A stretch of DNA of 63,121 bases, counting the filler, from Nemertoderma westbladi (lineage: Eukaryota; Animalia; Xenacoelomorpha), in NCBI GenBank assembly GCA_032718475.1. It is 3 parts of 3 records of this genome, joined end to end, with 100 filler letters (N's around TTAATTAATTAA, not from the genome) between each part and the next. Parts side by side here need not be neighbours in the genome. Positions count along the whole stretch, not along the records: positions 28,326 to 57,795 come from JAUCBJ010007121.1; 2 more parts are not named here. One strand, 5' to 3'. The notes under the pieces were generated by a model. It did no database searches. It was not told the DNA's origin and worked only from the letters and a program-made list of their open reading frames with translations. Shown in pieces: positions 34,537 to 45,874 of this stretch. Within the stretch, counting starts at the first letter, position 1. Every line of letters starts with the position of its first letter. Position numbers and translations under genes: made by a program.

Positions 34537-34645
34537 TCAGTGCCAAAATATGTATAAAACTAAAAAGCAACAAGACCTAGACGTTGCATGCAACGTCTAG
34601 GTCTTGTTGCTTCTTAGTTTTTTACATACTGTACTTTGGCACTGA
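34537..34645. repeat. About 109-bp palindrome derived from the Penelope terminal sequence
   Basis: Perfect core AGCAACAAGACCTAGACGTTGCA|TGCAACGTCTAGGTCTTGTTGCT centred at 34588/34589. The arms resemble 31479-31557. Confidence 0.85.
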
Positions 34646-34921
34646 AGCAAACGCATAGTCAACAAATTTAACAAAATGTTACATACATGTTGGGTTCATG
34701 ACGGGTGAAAATTGATCGCGTAATATAAAGTAAAAAAATTAAGAGACGGGCTGGCTCTCCTCCACTTCCTTACCCAATGTAAATGTTGTTGTTATAATCT
34801 GATTATTGGGGCGGCTTTCTCTCGGTAGTGTGAACGCGGCCTAAGGCAGTATTTGAAAAATAACTTAAAAGTAAAAAACTGATTTACAACAATAACATGA
34901 ACTTGTTTTATTGTCTTTCAG

Positions 34922-35109
34922 GTGTCAGTGAATTTATTCTGCTAGTGTCACTACTTGGAGTCCCTCTCATGGTAACCAATAGTAACCAACCCGACGTACG
35001 GTTGGCTATAGAGTTTATTTCGAGTTTTCTACCAGCAATAACAATTGTATTTATTTTTCTTTTGCCAAGTATCGGAAATAAAGAAAAAGACACGGAAAAG
35101 AAGGCATAA
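34922..35109 (+). CDS. Last exon of the GABA-B-like GPCR (TM6-TM7, short C-tail)
   Basis: Acceptor TTGTCTTTCAG; phase matches the donor at 33342 (T+GT=Cys); LLGVPLMVTNSNQPDVRLAIEFISSFLPAITIVFIFLLP resembles GABA-B TM6-QP-TM7. Confidence 0.8.
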
Positions 35110-35234
35110 ATATTTATTGTGTCTATTTAAGAAAAATGTATATATATTTGAATTAATCTATTTAATATTTAGGCCTACAATCATGGCTAAGTAGGTAGAA
35201 AACTGTCTGTAAATCTGAATAAATAATTATCGTT

Positions 35235-35695
35235 ATATTATGCGGCTTTATGCCACATTGTTAGATAAGAAATAATTGTAATTCTTATCTTAATATTTGT
35301 TACTTGCCATCATATTTTATGTCGCTTTATAAAATATACATATAAATAATTGATTGGGTCTCAGAAAATATGTTTATATTCAATCAAATATATGTGGCTT
35401 TATGCCACATTGTTAGAAATTAATGGTAGGCCTATTTGTTCTGATAATATCTTATATTATATTAATAATATATATATAATAAGTAATTGTCTATGAATAT
35501 ATGTTTATTTTCCATCAAACTTATGCGGCTTAATGCCACATTGTTAGAAATAATTGCAATTGTTATCTGAATAATTGTTACTTTCCATCAAATTATATGG
35601 CTATATGCCACTTTATTAATAATAATATATATATAATAAGTAATTGTCTATGTATATATGTTTATTTTCCATCAAACTTATGCGGTAAAATGCCC
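35235..35695. repeat. Degenerate AT-rich tandem repeat, about 130-160-bp period
   Basis: Recurring TATG(C/T)GGCTT(T/A)ATGCCACATTGTTAGA at about 35239, 35392 and 35522. Confidence 0.7.
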
Positions 35696-35700
35696 AAATG

Positions 35701-36748
35701 CGCTACTCCTATCTGCTACCCGAGGGTCGGGGTGGACGCTATTCCTACCTGCTACCCGAAGGTAGGGGTGGGCGCTACTCCTATCTGCTACCCGAAGATA
35801 GGGGTGGACGCTATTCCTACCTGCTACCCGAAGGTAGGGGTGGGCGCTACTCCTATCTGCTACCCGAAGATAGGGGTGGGCGCTACTCCTATCTGCTACC
35901 CCAAGGTAGGGGTGGGCGCCACTCCTATCTGCTACCCGAAGGTAGGGGTGGGCGCTACTCCTATCTGCTACCCGAAGGTAGGGGTGGGCGCTACTCCTAT
36001 CTGCTACCCGAAGGTAGGGGTGGGCGCTACTCCTATCTGCTACCCGAAGGTAGGGGTGGGCGCTACTCCTATCTGCTACCCGAAGATAGGGGTGGGCGCC
36101 ACTCCTATCTGCTACCCGAAGGTAGGGGTGGGCGCTACTCCTATCTGCTACCCGAAGGTAGGGGTGGGTGCTACTCCTATCTGCTACCCGAGGGTAGGGG
36201 TGGGCGCTACTCCTATCTGCTACCCGAAGGTAGGGTGGGCGCTACTCCTATCTGCTACCCGAAGGTAAGGGTGGGCGCTACTCCTATCTGCTACCCGAGG
36301 GTAGGGGTGGGCGCTACTCCTATCTGCTACCCGAAGGTAGGGTGGGCGCTACTCCTATCTGCTACCCGAAGGTAGGGTGGGCGCTACTCCTATCTGCTAC
36401 CCGAAGGTAGGGGTGGGCGCTACTCCTATCTGCTACCCGACGGTAGGGGTGGGCGGTACTCCTATCTGCTACCCGAGGGTAGGGGTGGGCGCTACTCCTA
36501 TCTGCTACCCGAGGGTAGGGGTGGGTGCTACTCCTATCTGCTACCCGAAGGAAGGGGTGGGCGCTACTCCTATCTGCTACCCGAAGGTAGGGGTGGGCGC
36601 TACTCCTATCTGCTACCCGAATGTAGGGGTGGGCGCTACTCCTATCTGCTACCCGAAGGTAGGGGTGGGCGCTACTCCTATCTGCTACCCGAAGGTAGAG
36701 GTGGGCGCTACTCCTATCTGATACCCGAAGGTAGGGGTGGGCGCTACT
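35701..36748. repeat. 36-bp minisatellite, about 29 copies
   Basis: CGCTACTCCTATCTGCTACCCGAAGGTAGGGGTGGG, with a few 35-bp variants. Confidence 0.97.
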
Positions 36749-36771
36749 GTGTTAGGTAGGGGTGGGCTATA

Positions 36772-37446
36772 TTGTGTTAATTGCTGTTTATATTAATGGA
36801 TGTTATATTTGGAGAATACCGATAAATAATCGTAAACCCCTCAATCTTCTTGATTACTGAGTTAAGCGGAGGAAGGGTTTACCGGTAGCAACTGTCACTA
36901 AAATTATGGTGGTTTTTGTGTGAATTAAATGCTATTTCATAATCCCTACGTGTGTCAGTTGCAATCTTCCTTATATATGATAAAAATCAGTGACGGTCGG
37001 CAAATTAGTGTGAATTAGTGTAAATTAGTGTGAAGTAGTGTGAAGTCGTATGAAGGTTAATAAGCATCTCCTAAAGAATGCGCTATTTACGAAACTCAGT
37101 GGCCATCTAGTTGTGATTAGTGTAAGTCATAACTCTGTTTCATACTTAAAGCGCCACGTCCCAAAGGAACTGTTAATATTTCCCCAAAAGTAAATATAGC
37201 TGTCAGAGATTATATAGTAGCGTTTCAATCGAATAATACAAAGTAGCCTACACCGCAATAACTTCCTCTGGAACCCGAATCCATTCTCCCACACCGTGGG
37301 TCATATGCCGCGCACGGACTGGCTTCGGCGGATGTACACCAGGCAATTCAGTACACCAGGTAATTGGTACGGGCATAGTCGATTCATAATCAAAAGGACA
37401 TTTAAAATTGGCAGGTTAAACTGCTAAAGGTCTAAAAGCGCGAACA
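36772..37446 (+). mobile_element. LTR-like repeat, copy 2 (diverged relative of 28715-29379)
   Basis: Colinear homology with copy 1 and the same AAAAGCGCGAACA end; no recognisable PBS follows. Confidence 0.6.
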
Positions 37447-39173
37447 TTAATAGATTTACGACTCTTTATTGCTCAGTAGGCAATAAAACCGAAACGTACC
37501 AGTCGGACGGTAAGCTGTAGGCCTGACCCGAACCGGTACTCACCCAGTATTATTTCGATTGTGATATATTGTATATTAGTAGGCTGTTTAAGAGAGTAGG
37601 GACTGTACACCCCTTATAACCCCTTAATATTGAGCAGAAGGCGTGTAAGCCTGCTCAGATTGTATAAATAATTTGTAGGCCGGATTGTTGTCTAACTGTT
37701 GTTAGGTCTGAGGCGATAGAAGTGTATGTAGAGTGTCTGTCCGATAAAGTGCTAGTTAGGAAGGTGGAGGCATCCTGTGTTGTAAGGTAAATCCCCCACG
37801 AAAGAATAAGTCGTACTACGTAGTTAGAACGCTTACTAACTAACCATTTCAGAGATTGCATATACTGTGGTTTATTTAGGCTTGACAGTAGTCTGCCAGC
37901 ATTTGGTCTGTGTTTTATTTGAATAGTCTGTATGGGTAGCGTAATATTTATTATTCAGAGTTTATGCAAGTATTTCCAACCTACATCTCCCCAATTTCAT
38001 TCCTTACAGTAATTATGCTTGTTATACATACCGTTATAGTTAAATTAACCCCGGTACTACTTCAGGACTGCTTGGCGTAGGACAGACTGGTGATTTTGTG
38101 CTCCGGTCACTCCAGCAGATACCATGGTTCTTTTGGCTGTTCACATATATTTAACTGCTAGTTATATGTTGTATAAGTACTTGTACATAATTTAGGGTTT
38201 AGAGTAGAGTGCTTTCCTGAAAGTAATTTAGTGTGTAAGCAGTATACTTGTGTTGTAACGTGGTTAATAGGTCCGTTAGCTCTGGTTGGCTTCGATAATT
38301 AACCTCTAGGTATAGGACACTCCGGGTACATAACATAGTGCTTATAGTTTAAGACTATAAGCCGTCAGACGGTGGCATTTCCTTATCTGGACAACGCAAC
38401 GTACTCAATACTACTTTATTGGTTTCAAATACCGTAATTTCCTGTCAGTTTGTAAGAACCAGAAATTCTAACTCCTTGTTAGTCTGGTTCGTAAATTTCT
38501 TGGTAAATTACCCTAAAAAATTGTACGTGTAACTTGTTTAATGTTTATTTAGAGATTGTGTAATCTCAACCCGATACGTAAATAATTTGTAGTAATAAGT
38601 AACTTAGTTAAGTAGAATTATCAGTATTAGTGTCTAACAAATAGCACTCCACTGAGAGGGTTCAGCCTCTGTGTAGTGACTTCTTATACAGAAATAATAA
38701 CATTTATTTCAAATATTGTCAAAACCCATTACGGGTATATATATATATATATATATATTTATAAATTAATTCAATCAGATTTATAAATTAATAGGCCTGT
38801 TATACATCAATTAGGTCTTAATATCAGTTGAACTACTGCTTAATATCAGTAATAAAGTAAAGGGAAGTAATTCCTAAAATTTGGAAAATCAGTTATTATT
38901 AAATAATTGACATTACCGGTGTTTACGGTAAGCTTATTATATTTATATAAATTAGGCTAAACTTATATACCGGTGTATTCTGCGACTGATCGTAGTCTGT
39001 AATAATACTGATATATATACTATAGGTGTATACCGGTATTCTAATATTAGATATATACCAAGTTACATTGAGTAGCGATATCAGTAACTATTAGACTGAC
39101 AGTTGATACTGATTTCCCCTAGACTTGCTTTAACTGTTATTATAGTAGTAGGCATTCAACTGTAAAATAAATT

Positions 39174-42100
39174 ATGTCTGACACAAAACAAACACTGTCA
39201 GATAGTCTCTTGGAAAGAACGATCTGTGACCCAGATCAAAGTATGGAACATCCCAGACCGAAGTCTAAGTCCCCTCCTACTGTAAGAAAGGTTATCCCTA
39301 CAGTAGTGGTATCGGACCCTAGGCTAGTAAAGCACCATAGGTCTATTATAGGCACTAGGGCTCAAGTTAAGCGAGACCAAGCGATGGCTGCAAAACAACA
39401 ACAGTACCCGAACCGAGAACTAGTTCCAACACCGAAGAGTTAATGCCCGAGATCGGAACAAGGATGGAAGAAGCGGTTTATCCAGACCCACTTCTAATTC
39501 TTCCTGGGGCCATACTCACTAGAGTACTTATAGCTGTAGAAGAACATCAAGCAGATTGGATGAGAAATAAGAGATCGACCAGGGACAGTTATGCAGGATA
39601 CCTGATGGAAGAACTAAGGTCTATTGTAGAGACTCAATGGAACTTCCCCGGACCCGGACTCCCGTTTAACTTATCGGAAGCTGCCTGGGAAGACTTAAAC
39701 CACATGGGGGTAGTGAGGGACACCCGAGATCCGGCTGTATGGGAGAGGTCAGCAGCAGGATATGTCCAGGGATTCTTCAACTCATTGGAAAGAATAGAAA
39801 TCCAATTATTTCAACAACCTCAGGGACCTCAAGAGCAGGGAGAGCTGCTTTACCAAGTGAGAGAACGTATCTTGAGGATCAGATTAATCATTTCAGCCTT
39901 TGAAGAGGCCTCGAAGAGAAGTCAAGACACATCGTTACAGGTGGCTGTAAAGACTTGGTTCCAACGAGTGAATGTTAAAGTCCAGGGAACAACACAATGG
40001 AGGGTTCAGCTAGCTGAATGCATAACCCACGGAGAATCAACAGATGCAACCTTTTCTCATGTGGAAGGCGAAGCGGTATCCGAAAAACCTCAGAAGAAGG
40101 ATGCTATTGACATCTATCTGTCGGATTATCAACGATTTATAGGTGACAAAGAGCTAAGGAAACGTCTAGCTGGACTTCATCCCAATAGTGAAGGAGCCAA
40201 ATTCATACTGGACTCATTCATACTGGATATATTGGTCTGCCGTTCAGATGGAGAGAACCCAGCTTCGTGAATAACCGACCTTTAGCAGAAAAAAGAATCG
40301 CACAACTGCATCAGCGTTTGACGGCTAACGATCTAGCCAAAGAAATGTATAAAACTCAATTAAAGAAGTTTATAGACAAGGGATACACGGAGCGAGTTCC
40401 GGAAGAAACACCCATAACGGAGAGAACGTATTATTTGACACATCATTACGTTCCCAAACCCGGTAAACCAAATGAAGTCCGGGTGGTGTTTGACGGCTCC
40501 GCCCTTTATATGGGACAATCCCTAAATTCAGAACTGTTGCCGGGACCCAACTTACTCCAATCTTTGTTGGGATTATTACTACGACTGTGGTAATATTCGA
40601 TCGCCTTCGCTTCGGACATCGAAGGCATGTTTCTACAAGTTAAAACGTTAGCTAGGGATCGAGACAGCCTACGATTTCTGTGGTGGCCTGAAGGAGACCT
40701 CAACCGAAAACCGGTGGAGTACTGGATGACAATCCAGGCTTTTGGGATCATATCGAGCCCCTCGAACGCTTGTTTGGTAGTGCGTACCACTGCTGATGAC
40801 AATAGAGACGCCTTCTCTAAAGCGGTTATCGACAACATCAAACGGGATATTTACATGGACGACAATTTAAAGTCCCTCCCATCGGTGGAAGAAGCAATCG
40901 ATGTTGCCAAGGGAACGGTAGAGTGCTTAAAACAAGGTGGATTTCGCCTAACCTAATTCACTAGTAACTCCCGTGAGTTCCTGGAATCGATCCCAGTAGA
41001 AGACCGAGGTGTTAAAGACCTTGACCTCATTAAGGATGATCTTCCAGAAACTAAGACTCTTGGATTAAAATGGGACACGGAGAGAGATATTCTATTCTTT
41101 CAATTGAAACAACGAGACAATCCAGTTAGAACTAAACGGATTTGTCTAAGTATTCTGACCACTTATTTCGATCCGTTGGGATTCATTAGCCCAGTCATAC
41201 TAGTTGCTCGGAGCTTAGTACAACAAATGTGGCTCGAAAAGCACTCGTGGGATGATTTACTCAAGGGAGAACTGCTAAAGAAGTGGATGAAATGGGAAAA
41301 TTCTTTACTATCTATTGAGAACTTTAAGATTTCCCGCTCATATTTCGGTCACGTTCTCCCAACGTATTCCTATCAACTCCATGTTTTTGGAGACGCCAGC
41401 GATATTGGAATAGGTATAGTAGCCTACCTGAGGGTTGAAACTCCCGATGGAATTAAGGTTTCATTAGTCGCCTCTAAGGCCCTAATAAACAACAAACTAC
41501 GAGTTCCCAGAGCGGAGTTAAAGGCGGCTCTATACGCTACAGCCATCGGCCGGAATGTAACGGAACAGATCGACCATCCACTAGAGAAAACTGTCTATTG
41601 GACTGATGCTTTACTCTTTCTGGAGTATATAACTAATGAAGTCTGTCAGTTCAGCGTCTTTGTTACCAACAGAGTAGCCATTATACTCAGTCGCTCTAAT
41701 ATAGATCAAGGGAGACATTGCCCTGGGATGATTAATCCAGCTGACATCGCTTCCAGAGGAGCAACTCCTCAAGAATTGATAGATACTCCAGACTGGTTAG
41801 GTGGACCCGATTTCCTGAGTAAAGAAGGGGAGGAATGGCCTCCTCATCTCACCACGGCGGAGATCAGACAAGCCAAGGGAGCGGAGAAAGTCAAACCGAA
41901 AACCCGGACGAGTAAATCAAAGCTGTTTAAGCCAGCGATAGATCTGTCTGTGCTACACACCGCCGGTATTGCAACTGTGGATCTAAATTCATCCATGGAT
42001 GTTACTCGAACTATAAATAAATCCGTTATAGAAATCAGGGAAAGAGACTGGAAATCTGGAACACCAGACGTCTCACAAGGACTCTCTCCTCTCCTACAAA

Positions 42101-43752
42101 GGGCAATAGATCATTACAGCTCCTGGAATCGGCTCTGCAAGGCCATTGTGTATCTGAAAAGATGTTTCCATCATCACTATTCCAGGACGAAGATCGCTAA
42201 TGATACCGCTCCAGTAGTAGCTGAAAGAGTCCATGCTACTAAAGACCTTCCCACTTATAGAGTGCCTGATAGGTTTCTGACTGAGAAGATCAGTTACCAA
42301 GAACATGATGATACCAATAAGCAGATACTGAGACTCCTGCAATGTTATGAGGATTCCGATAAGTATTTCCTGTTGTTGAGAAATCCACAGATGCGCTTAA
42401 GGGATCGTTTCTCTAGCACAATGATAGATGGGTTAATACGTGTCGGAGGGAGATTAACCAATGCTCCATTGTCCTTTGACACTAAGTTTCCCATACTCAT
42501 TAGAAATCTTGAAATACAAATCAAGATGATTGTAGATGTTCACAGTAAGCTTTACCATGCTGGTAGAGAACGAGTTCTTAGCGAAATTCGAACTCGCTAT
42601 TATTTCCATAAGCCCCGTAGAGCTCTAAACCAAGTTCTTAGGAACTGTATACCCTGTAGGAAAGCATTTAGTAGGCCTTTAACACAGCGAGAGGCAGAAT
42701 TACCAAGGGAACGAGTAAGCTGTTATGAACCACCCTTTACTAATACTGGTGTGGATTTATTTGGCCCTATTGAAGTATATAGTGCTAGGACTATAGTCAA
42801 GCAATGGTGCGTCATGTTTGTCTGTATGAATTGTAGAGCGATCCATCTATATATGGTGAACGATCTATCTACCAACAGCTTCATACTGAGTTTACACCGA
42901 CAAATCGCTCGTTTTGGGACTAGCAACACTATGAGATCTGACAAAGGAACTAATTTCATTGGCGCCAATAACGAGATCAAAGCTTACGTGAAGGATTGGA
43001 ACCAAAGACAGGTGGACGATCAGCTAAGAGTAACAGCATCTAGCTGGGCCTTCAACGCCGCCGACGCCCCTTGGTGGGGAGGAAGTTGGGAGAGACTCAT
43101 ACGTAGCGTAAAGACCGCATTTCACTTTATAGTGCCGTGCCGCACGTATCTCACCGATGAACTTTTGTGGACATTAATGGAAGAAATCGCCGCCTATCTC
43201 AACGAGAGACCGCTTATGCCAGTCTCATCTAGTCCCGACTCCCTAGAAGCGCTAACACCCGCGCATTTCCTACTAAAGAAACCTGTAGCCATGCTCCGGC
43301 AGTCGGAAATAACAGACGGAGACGAATACTGCCGACAAACTTGGCAACTTATGCAGTTATTATCCCGTCGTTTCGCTGACCATTTCGAAAAACATTATCT
43401 TCCTACGCTACAACTTCGAACAAAGTGGTTTGCGCAGCAAGAAAACGTCAGCGCTGGAGACATGGTCCTTATCGTGGAATCAGATCTTCCCCGTAAGAGG
43501 TGGCAGACAGGTCGTATCATCGAGACTCATATATCCGATGATGGTTTAGTGCGATCGGTAGAACTCGTCGTCATGCGACGTAACTTTAAGAAACCTGGAA
43601 TTGTGTTCAAAACGCAACAACTTAATCGCCCGGTTCATCGTTTATGTTTACTGGAAAGAGACCGAGAGTTGTCCGGTAACTATGGAAGGCAAGGGAATCT
43701 TCCCACGACCACCTCCCTAATCCAACAAACATCTAGGAACTCCCCAATGTAA
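39174..43752 (+). mobile_element. BEL/Pao LTR retrotransposon gag-pol, defective (gag end and protease deleted near 40230, stops at 40591 and 40954)
   Basis: YLTHH.V.KPGK...VRVVFDGS, LLPGPNL, DIEGMFLQV, LRFLWW, YMDD. Pao RNase H LHVFGDAS, PRAEL, YWTD, NPADIASRG. Integrase HHCC, GVDLFGP, SDKGTNF, PWWGGSWERL; C-terminal LQLRTKW...GRI...DGLVRSV. Confidence 0.95.
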
Positions 43753-43829
43753 TAACGTTCGGAGTGGGTGTGTGACTACATTATTTTATTTTTATTTTTA
43801 TATTTATGTATGTATTATTATGTAATTTT

Positions 43830-45062
43830 TATTATTATAATCGTTTTCTTTAATTTTATTTAGTAGAATAATATTTTAAAGATTATTCAGTAGATTAGTG
43901 CAATATATTTCGTGTTTATTTACTTAATTACTTAGTATAATATATTTCGTTTAACGGCGAGAAATAATTTCATTTTTCTCTTTCCTTTCTGTCCATATCA
44001 TTCTATAAATACGTGGCTACAGTAAGATGAAATGTCAGTACTTATTAAAGTACAATATACCGTCCCTACTATACTTAAGTATTATTAGTAAGTAGAGTAT
44101 TAGGAATGTGCTCTCATACCGTGTCTTAAATAATACATATAGTAGAATGATGTCCATTTAACAGTAGCGTTGAAGCGCAAAATATATCTGTTAAACCCTT
44201 TGACCATCTGAAATTCCAGTCGATTAAGATATCGTGGCACCCACCGATATACTTGAAAGACAAAGTTCTAGAAACAGTGGTTAATGTCCCCAGGCATGTT
44301 CTGGAATAAACCGGTGCCTATCCTCAATTATTATTATAATCGTTTTCTTTAATTTTATTTAGTAGAATAATATTTTAACGATTATTCAGTAGATTAGTGC
44401 AATATATTTCGTGTTTATTTACTTAATTACTTAGTATAATATATTTCGTTTAACGGCGAGAAATAATTTCATTTTTCTCTTTCCTTTCTGTCCATATCAT
44501 ACTATAAATACGTGGCTACAGTAAGATGAAATGTCAGTACTTATTAAAGTACAATATACCGTCCCTACTATACTTAAGTATTATTAGTAAGTAGAGTATT
44601 AGGAATGTGCTCTCATACCGTGTCTTAAATAATACATATAGTAGAATGATGTCCATTTAACAGTAGCGTTGAAGCGCAAAATATATCTGTTAAACCCTTT
44701 GACCATCTGAAATTCTAGTCGATTAAGATATCGTGGCACCCACCGATATACTTGAAAGACAAAGTTCTAGAAACAGTGGTTAATGTCCCCAGGCATGTTC
44801 TGGAATAAACCGGTGCCTATCCTAAATATTAAATATTAAATATTTGATAAATATTTACAACGTTTGTTATAACAAATGTTAAATTAGAGGAAATGCTAAC
44901 AAATTAAATCTAAAAATTATAAACAAATCTGTTAAACCTTTACATCCTCTAAATTCTAGTCGATTGAGATATCGTAGTACTTTCCGATACTCTTAAAAGA
45001 CAAAATTCTGGAATTAAGGATCCTAGACCCCAGACATGTTCTGGAATAAAATTGTGTCTATT
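43830..45062. repeat. 499-bp near-identical tandem duplication plus a diverged partial third copy, between pol and the accessory ORF
   Basis: TCGTTTTCTTT at 43841 and 44340; CCGGTGCCTATCCT at 44311 and 44810; related segment 44925-45062. Confidence 0.9.
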
Positions 45063-45874
45063 TTAATATCAAATAATAAAATTCACGGGAATAAAATTTA
45101 AATTCATATCCTCTCATGAATTTAATAAATTGTCATTTTATACAATTTATAAACTTTCCCAAAATTCCATTAATTAATAGATCATGGGAGCGGAGATTCA
45201 CCCTATTAGGTATATCAGTGTAAGAGAATCTCCAGTGTACAGTCAATAGCCGATAAAATTCATAAAATCATGTATAAGGGGAATATTGACAATTAAAAAA
45301 TCACTATTAAATAGCATCCCAGATCTGTATGCATGAGAAATACCCTAATTCTCCCGCTAGCTTTGCATAATGTCACCATAGTAACAACCACGCTAGAATT
45401 AGAAGTGAGTTAAAAGAACAATAGAAAGCTTGCCCCATTGAATAGCATGCGGAATAAATAGCACCTTGCTAGTATCTAGGGATACAGGATAATAACGGGG
45501 CATTCTGGAAGGCATTTGACTAACAGACAAATGGCCCTAATGTGTACAAATTGTGACAGGAATGTGGAATTTGTGTATTTATAGGTGAATGTTACTACTA
45601 AAGTGTGTTTACAGTAGAGAGTCGCAGTTGTGAAAGTTACCCTGCATCTGTAGCAAGTACCTCCAGTATATCCAAACCCTTGTGACGGACAGTGGAGTGA
45701 CTCGGGCTGGTTATTGTTGTCGTTGTGTAGCTACTACGTTGGTGAGAGGCACAGCAACGACAGTACATCAGCGCTGAGGATCTCAGGGCTGTCCAGGGGC
45801 ATAGAGGGGAAGGCAGCGACTCCCGCTAGCCTTATTATTATTAACTATAATATCGATAAACTCATATAGCAGCT

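Noticed and set aside
35597-36721. ORFs of 223, 225 and 114 aa with ATPICYPKVGVG or GRYSYLLPEGRG repeats
   Set aside because: By-products of a 36-bp minisatellite; 35-bp units break the frames and there is no unique coding context.
35701-36748. CRISPR-like appearance (36-bp repeat with hairpin)
   Set aside because: Units are contiguous with no unique spacers, no cas genes, eukaryotic context.
37447-39173. 5' LTR and PBS of the BEL element (e.g. TGTAAGCC at 37644 to ACATAACA at 38335)
   Set aside because: No match to the TGTAAAAGCTTTTGCGG stub beyond TGTAA/ACATAACA, and no TGG-type tRNA primer site; boundaries unsupported.
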